From Candidatus Sysuiplasma jiujiangense (GTDB lineage: Archaea; Thermoplasmatota; Thermoplasmata; Sysuiplasmatales; Sysuiplasmataceae), in NCBI GenBank assembly GCA_019721075.1, contig JAHEAD010000001.1:124001-188000 (forward strand): a stretch of DNA of 64,000 nt, read 5' to 3'. The notes beneath the pieces were generated by a model. It searched no databases. It was not told where the DNA came from and saw only the letters and a program-made list of their open reading frames with translations. The position numbers and the translations under genes were made by a program. Positions 21,589 through 32,158 of this stretch are shown here, in pieces. Numbering within the stretch: the first letter of the stretch is position 1; every line of letters begins with the position of its first letter.

Positions 21589-22668
21589 TCACCTCCTCCC
21601 GCCCGAAACGAGTTTTCTGAAATAATCGTACACAAAGATTGTGTCCTGGGGACCCGGACCTCCCTCAGGATGATACTGTGTAGTTAAGACTGTGCCTCCC
21701 GGCAATTCCAGTCCTTCCACCGTGCCGTCATTGAGGCTGAACTGGGTGGGTTTCAAATCTGTTTCCGAAAGAGATTGTTCGTCGACTGCGAAACCATGAT
21801 TCTGGGAGGTGATGTAGACTTTCTCGCCAAGCCTTACTGGATGATTTATACCCCTGTGACCGAACTTGAGCTTGTAGGTTTTACCGCCGTATGCGAGGGA
21901 GAGTATCTGGTGTCCGAGACATACCCCGAGGACAGGCAACTCCGAAGACAGGCGCTTGACAACAGGAAGAACATTTTTCCTTATATCGGCATGGTCCGGA
22001 TCCCCGGGTCCGCTTGAAAGAACAACCCCTTCAGGCTCGAAATTCATCACTTCGTCGTACGACGATGAATATGGAAGGAGGTAAACAGAAAAATGCCTGG
22101 AAAGATCCCGTATAAGATTTCTCTTGACGCCGAAATCGAGAATGACAATTTTCTTACCCGTGCCAAACGGGCCAACCGAAGCAGAAGTGCTAACTTCGGA
22201 AACAAGATTTGTTTCCCAGATATTTTTCTCTTTTGCCAGTAACCCGAGTTTCTCCTCCAGCAACGAATTTGTCATCAGGCCAGGTATGATGAGCCCTTTC
22301 ATTGTTCCCTTTTCCCTGACGCGCCTGACAATACTTCTTGTCTCCGGGATCTCGATGCCCGGGACAGCTGAAGCGCTGAGCAACTCCTGCAGGTCCGCTG
22401 ACGGGTAGGATGTATTTTCAGATACAACGATGCCCTTGACCTGGGCACGGACGGACTGAAGCTGTTGTGCCGTAAAGCGATAATTTCCGATGAGGGGGTA
22501 GGTGAACACAAGTATCTGGCCCCGGTAGGAAGGATCGGTTATCGACTCTTCATATCCTGTCATGGAGGTACTGAAAACGACTTCGCCATATGATTCGGTA
22601 GCAGAGCCGAAAATCCTGCCCTCAAAACTTGTTCCGTCCTCGAGCAGCAGAATTCCATCGGTTTTCAA
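21589..22668 (-). CDS. carA: Carbamoyl-phosphate synthase small subunit
   Basis: [60 protein letters not shown]. Confidence 0.95.
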   Translation of the reverse strand: MKTDGILLLEDGTSFEGRIFGSATESYGEVVFSTSMTGYEESITDPSYRGQILVFTYPLIGNYRFTAQQLQSVRAQVKGIVVSENTSYPSADLQELLSASAVPGIEIPETRSIVRRVREKGTMKGLIIPGLMTNSLLEEKLGLLAKEKNIWETNLVSEVSTSASVGPFGTGKKIVILDFGVKRNLIRDLSRHFSVYLLPYSSSYDEVMNFEPEGVVLSSGPGDPDHADIRKNVLPVVKRLSSELPVLGVCLGHQILSLAYGGKTYKLKFGHRGINHPVRLGEKVYITSQNHGFAVDEQSLSETDLKPTQFSLNDGTVEGLELPGGTVLTTQYHPEGGPGPQDTIFVYDYFRKLVSGGRR

Positions 22669-22830
22669 AGGGAATACCTCTGAAACATTGAGCTCTCATA
22701 CTTAATATTTTTCAGTCTGTCCGCTATTTTACCGGCTAGAAGCATCGGTTAAAATCTCTCCTTGCATTTCAGGGAAATACGGTTTATTCGATTTTTGTAA
22801 AGTAAGACAGTTATATATGGCCGGGGCTGA

Positions 22831-23358
22831 ATGAAACTGATAGATATGAAGAGCAGAGCGATAATCGCAGTTGCGATAGCAGTCATTGTTGTAGGCGCTG
22901 GAGCATACTACCTGCTGAACAGCGGCGGGAGCCTGAACATACAGATCAGGGATCCTTTACCGGCCGGCTGGAGTTCGGTTTACATAAACATAACAGAAGT
23001 ATCCGTACATAACTCGACTACGGGCGGCAGTGGCGGTTATTCGAAGCCATTCAGCACTCCGGTTGAAATAAATCTGGCAAACACGACAAACAAATCGGTA
23101 TTCCTGACAAGTCTCAAGCTGCCTAACGGACACTATCAGATGATCAGGCTTGTGGTCAGCGGTTCATTTGGCGTATATGATGGAAAGACATACAGGATAT
23201 CACTCACGAGCCCGGACATTGACATAGCAGGCCAGTTCAAGATATCATCTGCTTCAACAACCACTGTTACGCTTGATTTCAACAGTGCTCAGGCAATCCA
23301 CGGTTCAACTTTCACAGGATTCACAATGACTCCTGTGGTGGCGGAAACCGTAAGCTGA
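22831..23358 (+). CDS. Membrane-anchored exported protein, DUF4382-like
   Basis: N-terminal TM helix, then beta-rich domain with I.DP, V.INITEVSVH, LP.GHYQMIRL, VTLDFN. Confidence 0.7.
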   Translation: MKLIDMKSRAIIAVAIAVIVVGAGAYYLLNSGGSLNIQIRDPLPAGWSSVYINITEVSVHNSTTGGSGGYSKPFSTPVEINLANTTNKSVFLTSLKLPNGHYQMIRLVVSGSFGVYDGKTYRISLTSPDIDIAGQFKISSASTTTVTLDFNSAQAIHGSTFTGFTMTPVVAETVS

Positions 23359-23499
23359 ATTAGCCTCTTCTGTTGTAGAAAATGCAGGCATCGCCTTTTC
23401 CAGCAGAAACCAGCGTTTGCCCCAAAAAAACATTTTCTAAAAATTTCACGTTTTTCCTCTTTTTCTTCTTTCAGTAAATGCAGATAACCGACATATTTG

Positions 23500-24681
23500 T
23501 CAATACTCCTCGGAAACAGCATGACGCTGGCTCTTTCTTCTCTTTCTCGACTTGATCTTGATAGACTTCATCTCTTTTACCATGCCTTCAAGCTTGGAAA
23601 GAAGATCCTGCGTGGTGCGAACCGGTTCCCAGTCGAACGATTTGGCTACAAAGAGCCTCTCGACAGTCTGAAGTTTCCCGCTGAGCGAATACTTGATGCG
23701 GCCAAACTCACTGTTGTACGAGTGAACATGAATATACAGCGATATGGGTCTTGATATATTCTCAATCTTCTTCATTGTCTTCTGTACCTCATTGTATATC
23801 ATATCAAGAACATCCGGATCTGAAATGCCTGTAATCTGCACGTAAACAGACTCCCTGACAAGCATCGACATTACAAGCTGGGCAACATCGAATTTTGAAA
23901 GTATTCCGACAGGTACCCCGTTATCAAGGACGGGGAGGGATGTCACCTCCTCTGAGGACATCAATGCCAGCGCTCTGTTCATTCTGTCCTCCTGTTTTAG
24001 ATAACTGAACTCCCGGCGAGCAATGCTGCTTACTGTTATTTCTACAGGATTTGCCCTTCCCACAAGTTCACCGGCTGTTTCACTTGATTTTCCGCGCATT
24101 ACAACTGAGACAAGATCCGATATTTTCAGGAGCGAGTTCATCTTTCCATCATTGTCTACGACGGGGACGGCTCTCACGCCAGTGGACCTGAAAGTTTCGA
24201 ACGCACTGTCGAGAAAGTCGTTCTGATTAAGCGTTATAACGGAAGGGGTCATCACATCTCTGACGCTGATTCCACCGATCTCCTTAATGCCTGAAATCAG
24301 TTTTACAAGAAAAGTTCTATCAGCGATGCCTGCAAGTTTTCCGTCATCGACTACTGGAATCTGCCTGTAACCGGTATTGATTATTGCCTCCGCCAGATCA
24401 AAAACATTGCTCCATGGGTGAAGTTCCGGAGTGCTCAGCATAATGCTTTTCACCTTTGTCGCAGGTTGTATGCTTCCCTTGAGTATCGATTTCAGCGAAA
24501 CAACTCCCACCACAGTCTTCCTGTCCATAACAGGTATTTCATCAAGATCAAATTCAATCATTTTTGAAGCAACGGCGGTCAACTCATCCTGAGGGGACGC
24601 GAACAGTATGGGCCACTTTGCCTGTGGCTTCCCTATGGAAATCTTGCCCAGCTTCCCCGAGATCACACTCACATTTCCCAT
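23500..24681 (-). CDS. Four-CBS-domain protein with C-terminal HPF/RaiA-like domain (candidate archaeal ribosome hibernation factor)
   Basis: Four CBS repeats (IPVMD, IPVVDD, VPVVDN, LPVLDN) followed by VYVQITG...helix...beta3...helix, then a basic tail. Confidence 0.75.
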   Translation of the reverse strand: MGNVSVISGKLGKISIGKPQAKWPILFASPQDELTAVASKMIEFDLDEIPVMDRKTVVGVVSLKSILKGSIQPATKVKSIMLSTPELHPWSNVFDLAEAIINTGYRQIPVVDDGKLAGIADRTFLVKLISGIKEIGGISVRDVMTPSVITLNQNDFLDSAFETFRSTGVRAVPVVDNDGKMNSLLKISDLVSVVMRGKSSETAGELVGRANPVEITVSSIARREFSYLKQEDRMNRALALMSSEEVTSLPVLDNGVPVGILSKFDVAQLVMSMLVRESVYVQITGISDPDVLDMIYNEVQKTMKKIENISRPISLYIHVHSYNSEFGRIKYSLSGKLQTVERLFVAKSFDWEPVRTTQDLLSKLEGMVKEMKSIKIKSRKRRKSQRHAVSEEY

Positions 24682-24697
24682 AGCGGCAAACAGATTT

Positions 24698-26455
24698 TCA
24701 TTCGTAGTCCTCGCCTCCCGCAGCTTCATCAGCAATTCCAGTTCCGATTAATGTACCTGTTTCTTCCAGCTTTCTACCAGAAATCAAATGTCTCACCTTC
24801 CCTACGATATTCCTTCGCCCAACTCGTATTTGTTTCTTTGTATCGCGATCCCTTACCGTCACAGTAGAGACGCTACCCTCAAAAGTATCGACCGTTATGC
24901 AGTAAGGAGTTCCTATCTCATCCATCCTTGCATATCTCCGGCCGATGGAGCCGGCATCATCATAATACGCCTCAATCCCCGCATTTACAAATTCCTGATA
25001 AATTTTCCTCGAGACGTCAGTCATCTTCCGTTCATTGAGCAACGGAAAAACTGCAACTTTTATGGGCGCGATTGCGGGATTCAGCCTTAGAGCATTTTTC
25101 TTTCCATCAGTTTCAAAGCTGTGCTCAAGGACAGAATAGAATACCCTGTCAAGACCCGTGGCGGGTTCAATAACATGTGGAAAGAAATGTTCTCCAGCTG
25201 GAATGCTTTCGCCTTCGACAATTCTGAAATAGTCGGTTGAAATCGTAATGCTGTCTCCATCCAGACCGATTTCAAAACTACCGTCGCGCGGTATGTCATC
25301 CGGCCTGAGCGCTTCTATTGCCCTGGCAACCGATTCACTCCTGTTCTTGAAAACGGGTCCCAGGCGGGAGCGTTCAGCCCTGACACGAAGCGTTTTTTCA
25401 ACATGTTCATCGCCCACTTTCCTGAAACAAGTCAGATCAGAACCTGAGACAGTTTGATGCGATCTCAGATCGTAATCGGATCTGTCCGCGATACCGGTTA
25501 TTTCTGTCCAGCCGCTGCTCAACAAAGCCTCCAGATCCCAGCAATCCAGTGCATAATGTGCCAGTTCATCCTTCCTGTGCTGCCTGAAACGAAGACGCTC
25601 AGGGTCTAGCCCTATGCGGAGGGCAAACTCAAACGTCAGGCCGATGAAATAGGCATGTGCCTTGCTTAGGAGAAACTTTCTTCTCAATGCATCATCCAAT
25701 GTTGTGACGACTTCCGTTCCTTCTCTGGGAACGAAAAGGTATTCCTGCCCGCGAAACGAGTTGAGGGATCCCCACTCTTTTTTCCTCGGATCAAGAAATA
25801 CTTCAGCTTCCATCAGATTGAACTCCCTGAGGCGAAGCATACCCTGCCGCGGCGAAATTTCATTTCTGAAGGCCCTCCCTGACTGAAAAACACCGAACGG
25901 AAGTTTCTCCCGGTAAAATCTTTTGAGATTCTGAAAATTGATGAATATGCCCTGAGGAGTTTCGGGTCGCAGATATCCTGGTTTACCCTGCTTCGGACCT
26001 ATCTGCGTTCTGAACATCAGGTTGAAAGGAACAGGTGTTGAAAAATCGTGCGAGCCGCATTTCGGGCACTTCAGCTTCATTTCAGCAGCCAGCTTCTCCA
26101 CATATTCTGCAGATATTGCGGATTCACCGGCATCTATCAGGTGATCGGCCCTGAAGTTCTCATGGCATGAATTGCATTCCACAACAAGGTCCGTGAATGA
26201 CTTGATGTGGCCCGATGCCTGAAAAATCTTTTCAGGGTTGATGCATGGTGTGTCTATTTCAAAAAAACCCTCTCTGAAATAAATCGAGCGCCACATATCC
26301 CGTATATTCTCCCTCAGAAGCAATCCGAGCGGACCGTAGTCATAGAAACCGGCAGATCCGCCGTAAATTTCAAACGATGGCCATATGAAACCTCTTCGCT
26401 TCATCATCGGCAGCAGTGATTTTTCCGGCTGGACTGGCTGTTTTATTGCATCCAT
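24698..26455 (-). CDS. glyS: Glycine--tRNA ligase (homodimeric archaeal/eukaryotic type)
   Basis: KRRGF..SFEIYGG..GFYDYGPLG, FNLMF, YLRPETPQGIF, FRNEISPRQG.LR.REF, GIADR.DYDL, PHVIEP, SIGRRYARMDEIGTP. Confidence 0.96.
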   Translation of the reverse strand: MDAIKQPVQPEKSLLPMMKRRGFIWPSFEIYGGSAGFYDYGPLGLLLRENIRDMWRSIYFREGFFEIDTPCINPEKIFQASGHIKSFTDLVVECNSCHENFRADHLIDAGESAISAEYVEKLAAEMKLKCPKCGSHDFSTPVPFNLMFRTQIGPKQGKPGYLRPETPQGIFINFQNLKRFYREKLPFGVFQSGRAFRNEISPRQGMLRLREFNLMEAEVFLDPRKKEWGSLNSFRGQEYLFVPREGTEVVTTLDDALRRKFLLSKAHAYFIGLTFEFALRIGLDPERLRFRQHRKDELAHYALDCWDLEALLSSGWTEITGIADRSDYDLRSHQTVSGSDLTCFRKVGDEHVEKTLRVRAERSRLGPVFKNRSESVARAIEALRPDDIPRDGSFEIGLDGDSITISTDYFRIVEGESIPAGEHFFPHVIEPATGLDRVFYSVLEHSFETDGKKNALRLNPAIAPIKVAVFPLLNERKMTDVSRKIYQEFVNAGIEAYYDDAGSIGRRYARMDEIGTPYCITVDTFEGSVSTVTVRDRDTKKQIRVGRRNIVGKVRHLISGRKLEETGTLIGTGIADEAAGGEDYE

Positions 26456-26596
26456 GCAGTTTCAAATTTTCAATAGACAGCTTATTGTTATCAATGTTTC
26501 CATGGCAAGAAATGCATGTATCCGCATCGAAACGCATTGGAAGAAAGATTATTCAGCAATGCCCTGATAATCCCTATCCGGCGAAAGTGGAACAAA

Positions 26597-27283
26597 ATGA
26601 CGCTAAAGAGATTGGAAATCGAGGTGGATTTCAAGTCGATAGAGCCGTTGAACAGCCTGCTTGGCAGGTTTTTCATCAACAATGAAAGCATCACAGTCCT
26701 TCAGACACTTTTTGCGTCGGAAAAGATAATGGTGGAGCTCCTGGAGATAAGGAGGTCCGGAAGGATGCGATCTGCCGAGGACATAGAAAACAGAAGGCTG
26801 GAAATTTCTGAAAAGTACGGACTGATAGATTTTGAAATCATAAGCATGGACAGCACTGCAGCGAAATATACTGTCATCGTAAAACACAGAACTCCGGACA
26901 AGATTTCACCAATACTCAGGGAACTCGCTGAGGCGACCTTTCTTGCATCCCCGCTGAAAATAGTTGGTGACAGGGCGCTGATGACGGTTTTCGTGGAAGA
27001 GAGCAGGGTAAAGGAAATGACTGAAAAACTCAGCCAGCAGGGAATTTATTATAAAATCCATTCAATAGGGAAACCTGGCCAACTTAAATTCGAGGGAATA
27101 AGTTCTGTCCAGCTGTATATTGTAAAACTGGCGAAGGCAATGGGGTACTTCGACGTGCCGCGGAGAGCTTCTACTGCGGACGTGGCCAGAATGGCGGGCG
27201 TCACAGCACCAGCGGTCAGCAAGGCAATCAGGCGTGCTGAACGCACGCTGGTAGAGAGACTGCTTGAAGAAAAGGATTCATGA
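26597..27283 (+). CDS. HTH_10 (bacterio-opsin activator-like) transcriptional regulator
   Basis: C-terminal LAKAMGYFDVPRRASTADVARMAGVTAPAVSKAIRRAE. Start re-called at ATG 26597. Confidence 0.82.
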   Translation: MTLKRLEIEVDFKSIEPLNSLLGRFFINNESITVLQTLFASEKIMVELLEIRRSGRMRSAEDIENRRLEISEKYGLIDFEIISMDSTAAKYTVIVKHRTPDKISPILRELAEATFLASPLKIVGDRALMTVFVEESRVKEMTEKLSQQGIYYKIHSIGKPGQLKFEGISSVQLYIVKLAKAMGYFDVPRRASTADVARMAGVTAPAVSKAIRRAERTLVERLLEEKDS

Positions 27284-27892
27284 TGTAATGAATTTCAGAA
27301 ATTCGTCCTTTGTCCGCTTCTCCATTGTATAGTTATTTTTCTTTTCATCGCCTATTGTTGAGAAAGGTGTGACGCCATAATCGTGGCCAGGATAGACAAC
27401 TGTTCTGTCGTCAAGGGCGCGCAGTTTAACGATTAGGCTTTCAAACATGCTTTCAGGACTGCTGTCTTCAAGATCCACACGGCCGCACTCTCCGACGAAC
27501 AGCGTGTCACCGGTAAAGAGTTTTCCATCAACCAGATAACAGCAGCTGTCTACAGTATGTCCCGGAGTGTGTATCACCTGAATTGTACTGTTTCCAAGGC
27601 TGAGATGGCTTCCATCATCGACAGCAATGTCCTTTCTGTGTGGGGAACTGGAGTGTGCGACTATTTTCGCGCCTTTTCGGAGTGCAAGTTTCTCTGCATC
27701 CTGTACATGGTCGAAATGATGATGTGTTAGCAATATGTACTTCAGTTTTACTCCACGACGCGATGCCTCGGAAACAGCCATGCTCGAGTCGAAGGAAGGA
27801 TCGACAATCGCGCCTTCCAGTTCGACTGCGTCGAAGACGAGATATGAAAAGTTCTGCATGCTGCCCACCTTGATCTGCTTCACTTCTATCAT
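27278..27892 (-). CDS. MBL-fold metallo-hydrolase (glyoxalase II / persulfide dioxygenase-like)
   Basis: THHHFDH, HTPGHT, LFTGDTLF..ECGRVDL, VYPGHDY, STIGDEK. Confidence 0.85.
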   Translation of the reverse strand: MIEVKQIKVGSMQNFSYLVFDAVELEGAIVDPSFDSSMAVSEASRRGVKLKYILLTHHHFDHVQDAEKLALRKGAKIVAHSSSPHRKDIAVDDGSHLSLGNSTIQVIHTPGHTVDSCCYLVDGKLFTGDTLFVGECGRVDLEDSSPESMFESLIVKLRALDDRTVVYPGHDYGVTPFSTIGDEKKNNYTMEKRTKDEFLKFITS

Positions 27893-27982
27893 ACACTTAC
27901 CGTGTTCCAGTATTTCATTACAATACTTGGATATTTCCAGCTTTGAACTTCCGGTTGAATATCATATGCAGTGACACAGGCT

Positions 27983-29170
27983 TTACAGATTTTTCAGCTT
28001 TTTTCCGATTGTTTCAGCCAGACGCAGGACGGCAAAATCGTCGTTTCTGCTGCCGCTGATCATCAGTCCGGCCGGGAGTCCATCCATCTCGCACGCATTG
28101 ATAGAAACCGAAGGTGCAAAAACGGCATTGAACAGTTCCGTATTTCCAAGAAGAGAGTCACGGAAATGAAGTTCTCTTCCAATGACATCGGATATTTTTG
28201 GAGCTACTGTTTTCGTCGTAGGTGAAAGTATTGCGCCGATTCTTGAAAAGACGGCATCATATTCCTTGATTATACCCTTCAATAAATTCCATGCTTCGAT
28301 ATAATCGGAAGTTCCCGTTTTAAGTCCTGCCAAAAGAACTTCTCTGACGTCAGGAAAATAAAGGTCCCTTTTTGTCTCAAGCCATTTTCTGTGATAGGAG
28401 GCTCCCTCCGCCGAAGTTATCTTTCTGCGCAACGAGCCTCCTCTTTCTTCCAGTGAAGGAATTGAAATTTCGCTGATCTCATATTCACCTGCCAGGCATT
28501 CCACCTTTTTAAGAAGTTTTTTTGAAACGGGACCGTCGTCAAACAGCATTAGCCCGAGACTCTTAATATCCTTCTCGGGACGGACAATGGCTCTTGAATT
28601 TTGGGGAAGAACAGACTCAAAGACAGTTCTGATAGAGGCAACATCCTTTGCAATAATGCCGATAGCATCCATTGTTCGGCTCAGAGGTATGACACCCTCA
28701 GTCGGTATCAGACCCGTCGAAGGTTTGAAGCCCGCGACACCGCAGAGAGCTGAGGGAATCCGCACAGAACCGCCGGTATCTGTCCCGATTCCGATGTCGA
28801 CTGCACCGGAGGCTACAGCAGCGGCAGAACCGCCGCTGGAACCTCCGCTGATGCAGTCGCTGGAACATGGATTGCGCACTGCACCGAAGATAGATGAGGT
28901 GTTGGTTGTGCCGACTGCGAATTCATGGTTGTTTGTCTTACCTATTATTTCACCGCCGCTGAGTCTGATTTGCTTTACTATGAACGCATCATAATCTGGG
29001 ATAAAATCCTGGAGGATTCTCGAGCAGGCAGTCGTCCTGACGCCTCCGGTAAAAATATTATCTTTAACGGCAAAACTGAGTCCGGAAAGATTGCCGCTCT
29101 TAAACGGAGGAAGTTTAGTCGTATTCACGAATGCATTGCAGCAGTCCCTTACAAGTGTGTTTTCGCCCAT
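27983..29170 (-). CDS. Amidase signature family enzyme
   Basis: AVKDNI, GKTNNHEFA, GGSSGGSAAAVA, GTDTGGSVRIPSALCG..GFKPS. Confidence 0.9.
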   Translation of the reverse strand: MGENTLVRDCCNAFVNTTKLPPFKSGNLSGLSFAVKDNIFTGGVRTTACSRILQDFIPDYDAFIVKQIRLSGGEIIGKTNNHEFAVGTTNTSSIFGAVRNPCSSDCISGGSSGGSAAAVASGAVDIGIGTDTGGSVRIPSALCGVAGFKPSTGLIPTEGVIPLSRTMDAIGIIAKDVASIRTVFESVLPQNSRAIVRPEKDIKSLGLMLFDDGPVSKKLLKKVECLAGEYEISEISIPSLEERGGSLRRKITSAEGASYHRKWLETKRDLYFPDVREVLLAGLKTGTSDYIEAWNLLKGIIKEYDAVFSRIGAILSPTTKTVAPKISDVIGRELHFRDSLLGNTELFNAVFAPSVSINACEMDGLPAGLMISGSRNDDFAVLRLAETIGKKLKNL

Positions 29171-29279
29171 GACTGTGACACAAACCCAATGTCCATTACA
29201 TTATTACAGTTATTGCAGTCGCATAACCCGCTTCACATCAAACAGTTTAAGTTGCCGGCAAGCAATTGACCTGGTCATC

Positions 29280-29777
29280 ATGAGAACAGTGGCAGAAGAC
29301 GATGCCAAAAGCACCTGTGATGTCTGTCAGGATACAGACATTAACGTCAGAATGGCCAGCATAGGCGATCTTCAGGGACTTGAGAACATCGAACGGTCAT
29401 GTTTTGAATATGGAAGATACAGTTCTTCTGTTTTGAGGGGTTTTTTGCTTCATCCATTCTCCATAACTTATGTGGCAGAAATGGAAAAGCGGATTGTTGC
29501 ATCGGAAATAATTTTTTTGCATAGAAAATCAGTGGAAGTTGCATCGCTGGCAGTCATGCCTGAAGTGCGTGGCAGGGGATTTGGCACAGTACTGCTCAGG
29601 AAGGCAGAAGATATGGCCAGGCGACACGCAATCAAACTGCTCACGCTGCATGTAGACGTGAATAACCTGTCGGCAATCGGTCTGTACAAGAAGGAAGGAT
29701 ATCTCATATGCGAGCGTATAACCGAATACTATGGCAAGGGAAAGGATGCTTTTTATCTGACGAAAAACATTGAATGA
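29280..29777 (+). CDS. RimI-like GNAT N-acetyltransferase
   Basis: IERSCF, SLAV.PEVRGRGFG, LHVDVNN.SAI.LYKKEGY, YYG.GKDA. Confidence 0.85.
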   Translation: MRTVAEDDAKSTCDVCQDTDINVRMASIGDLQGLENIERSCFEYGRYSSSVLRGFLLHPFSITYVAEMEKRIVASEIIFLHRKSVEVASLAVMPEVRGRGFGTVLLRKAEDMARRHAIKLLTLHVDVNNLSAIGLYKKEGYLICERITEYYGKGKDAFYLTKNIE

Positions 29778-29887
29778 CAGATATAGTGAAGACCGTCGGA
29801 CCAGGTTAAGCGAATTTCGAATTAACATTATAATAAGCTTAAATATCCTTTGTTTTATGAGCAGTTTTAGCCAAGGAATGTGTAGAG

Positions 29888-30049
29888 ATGGAAGAATCGC
29901 TTTGCAACGTTGAATTTCTAAAGACCGATTCCAGCTACCTGGCAAGGGTCCAGAGCCAGCTCGGAGGTATTCGGGAATACAAGAGCGGCACCTTCGAAGA
30001 AGTGCTGGAACAGGTCATAATTGATCTGCAGGAAGAATTCGAAGAATGA
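29888..30049 (+). CDS. 53-aa acidic small protein (below the ORF-track length cutoff)
   Basis: Manual translation MEESLCNVEFLKTDSSYLARVQSQLGGIREYKSGTFEEVLEQVIIDLQEEFEE*. AT-rich promoter-like region upstream; fills an otherwise empty gap. Confidence 0.65.
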   Translation: MEESLCNVEFLKTDSSYLARVQSQLGGIREYKSGTFEEVLEQVIIDLQEEFEE

Positions 30050-30134
30050 ATTCAAAGCGGGCAGCCGTCTTATGAAAATAGCATGCATTCATTCTCGGCC
30101 ACGACAGGGCGGATGTTTACATCAATCTAGAGCA

Positions 30135-30908
30135 TCAACTTCGCTTCCACTTTGAAATCCACCAGTCGGCATGTGGCATCCCGCTCTTTTCCACAACGTC
30201 TGCAAGTTCACCGAAGTCATAGCCTACACATCTGAAGTCGATCGAAACGTTTTTCCCCTTAAGCTCGACTATTGCATATTCTGCAATGACTGGTCTATAA
30301 TGTTTTCCGTCTGCCTCCAACCTGTAAGGAAGGCCCACACTTCCCGGATTCACGATGTAAGACGAACCATGCCTCCTGAGCATCTGTACATGCGTGTGCC
30401 CTCCTGCAAGTAAATCCGCCGAATGATCCCTGAAAATTCCTTCCAGTTTATCACTGCCTGTATGCGCATCTATAACCTCTGTATTTGATGCGGGAGAGCC
30501 ATGGAAACAGAGCATCCGCTGTTCTTTGAATTTAACGTGCAGGAGCGGCAGGAATGACAAAATATAGGCTATATCCTGCTTGCCAAGCATACGTGCGCAC
30601 CAGGCATCTATTTCAGGAATTTCAGACCCTCTCTCCGGATTGAATTTGGTTGAATCAGGGTTTATCATTCTGTCATCCGTGTTTCCCATGACAGATGGGA
30701 TATTCAGTTTCCTGAGGATTGCGAGTGTGCTGATGGGAGCAGGACCGGTGGCTGCCACATCCCCGAGGCTGATTATGACATCAACACCCATTGTGCTGAT
30801 TTCCTCGACAACAGCATTGAGCGCAACCGAGTTTCCATGTATGTCTGAGAGTATCGCGACTCTCCTTGCATCGAAATGAAGGCCCTTTACACCTTTTTTC
30901 TTAGCCAG
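30135..30908 (-). CDS. Calcineurin-like metallophosphoesterase; start upstream of the track ORF, possibly CTG 30908
   Basis: In-frame upstream RVAILSDIHGN..AL.AV, then LGD, GNTD, FHGSP, GGHTH, NPGSVG. Confidence 0.85.
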   Translation of the reverse strand: MAKKKGVKGLHFDARRVAILSDIHGNSVALNAVVEEISTMGVDVIISLGDVAATGPAPISTLAILRKLNIPSVMGNTDDRMINPDSTKFNPERGSEIPEIDAWCARMLGKQDIAYILSFLPLLHVKFKEQRMLCFHGSPASNTEVIDAHTGSDKLEGIFRDHSADLLAGGHTHVQMLRRHGSSYIVNPGSVGLPYRLEADGKHYRPVIAEYAIVELKGKNVSIDFRCVGYDFGELADVVEKSGMPHADWWISKWKRS

Positions 30909-30986
30909 TTTGAACCACCGCCGGATTACTCATGATCTTACTGGTGTATGCGATGTGAGCAATAGCGCAGGGGACAAATTCCGGTA

Positions 30987-32144
30987 TCAGATGTTAATGA
31001 CATCGCCCTTCCTCAGCACTTCAGCAACTTCCGGTCTGAGAATTTCAGACGGAAGCGGTTTCCCCTCTGAAAGTAGTTTTCTTATCCTTGTTTGACTCGT
31101 GTTCTCGTGAAATTCATCTCCATGAGGGCATACTTTTCTTGAAGCCATTCCATTGCAGACTTTGCAGTAGAATGTTTCCTCATACTTGAGCGGCACAATA
31201 CCAACGTCGAAATTGTCGAATATTCTATGCCCGGCGTAAGGGTCATAATAGCTGCCCACACCGGCCTGATCCCTGCCTACAATATAATGGGAACACCCAA
31301 AATTTCTTCTCACGATAGCATAGAAAAGAACCGCTTTTGGTCCTGCATACCGCATTGATATCGAAAGTGAAGCGAGCAGCACCCTGTCGCTCCGATAATA
31401 GTGAGAGACGAATACTTCATATGCCTCCATTATGACTTCTGGCCTGTAATCACCCTTCTTGAGCTTTCCTATTACCGGCTGTATGAAAAGTGCATCTATA
31501 TCATCCCTTTCAAGTGTTGCCCTCTGAATATATTCATGAGCGGTATGCGGCGGGTTCCTTGCCTGGTAACCAGCCACATTCCTCCAGCCATTCTTCTGAA
31601 AGAGCTCCCGGGTCTCAAGCGGCGTGTATTCAAATTTAGTATGCCGAGTCATTCTGATAAGCTGAACTTTTCCTGAGATGGCGATTTCACCCATCTGTGA
31701 CAGATCAGAAACGTTCGGATGAGCTTTGTCGGTCGTTCCATATATCTTCTTTGCAATCTCCTCCCGCGATATTGTGAATTTCTCCCCAACCCTGATAATA
31801 GCAAATGGAATTCCGGACGTATCCAGGATGGACAGCATATCCGATTCGCCCGCTTCTTTCAGGACAGCTTCATTGTCCTTTCCTGCGGGCGCCAGAAATA
31901 TGGGCATTGTCCAGGGCATTCCGTTCGAAAGCATGCTTCTGTCCAAGACGTTTTTGAAATCTTCCCTCCCCATAAAGCCTTCCAGGGGACTATAGGCTCC
32001 TGTACATATTTTTTCAGCATCATATATCTGGTCTATCAACGGTTTTATCGCCGGGATCTCGGATGCTTCCTCTCTCCGCCTAAGTAATTCGTTTTCGCCG
32101 GGAATGCCGTTGACAAGTTTTCCACCATAAGGGGACGGTATCAT
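30987..32144 (-). CDS. sat: Sulfate adenylyltransferase (ATP sulfurylase)
   Basis: PYGGKLV, GAYSPLEGFM, WTMPI, QARNPPHTAHEY, MRYAGP, RRNFGCSHYIVGRDQAGVG.YY, RPEVAEVL. Confidence 0.95.
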   Translation of the reverse strand: MIPSPYGGKLVNGIPGENELLRRREEASEIPAIKPLIDQIYDAEKICTGAYSPLEGFMGREDFKNVLDRSMLSNGMPWTMPIFLAPAGKDNEAVLKEAGESDMLSILDTSGIPFAIIRVGEKFTISREEIAKKIYGTTDKAHPNVSDLSQMGEIAISGKVQLIRMTRHTKFEYTPLETRELFQKNGWRNVAGYQARNPPHTAHEYIQRATLERDDIDALFIQPVIGKLKKGDYRPEVIMEAYEVFVSHYYRSDRVLLASLSISMRYAGPKAVLFYAIVRRNFGCSHYIVGRDQAGVGSYYDPYAGHRIFDNFDVGIVPLKYEETFYCKVCNGMASRKVCPHGDEFHENTSQTRIRKLLSEGKPLPSEILRPEVAEVLRKGDVINI

Positions 32145-32158
32145 TCAGCATCATCCCG

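Noticed and set aside
27983..29170. gatA
   Set aside because: Shorter than typical GatA, no gatB/gatC neighbours and no GatA-specific motifs seen; called a generic amidase.
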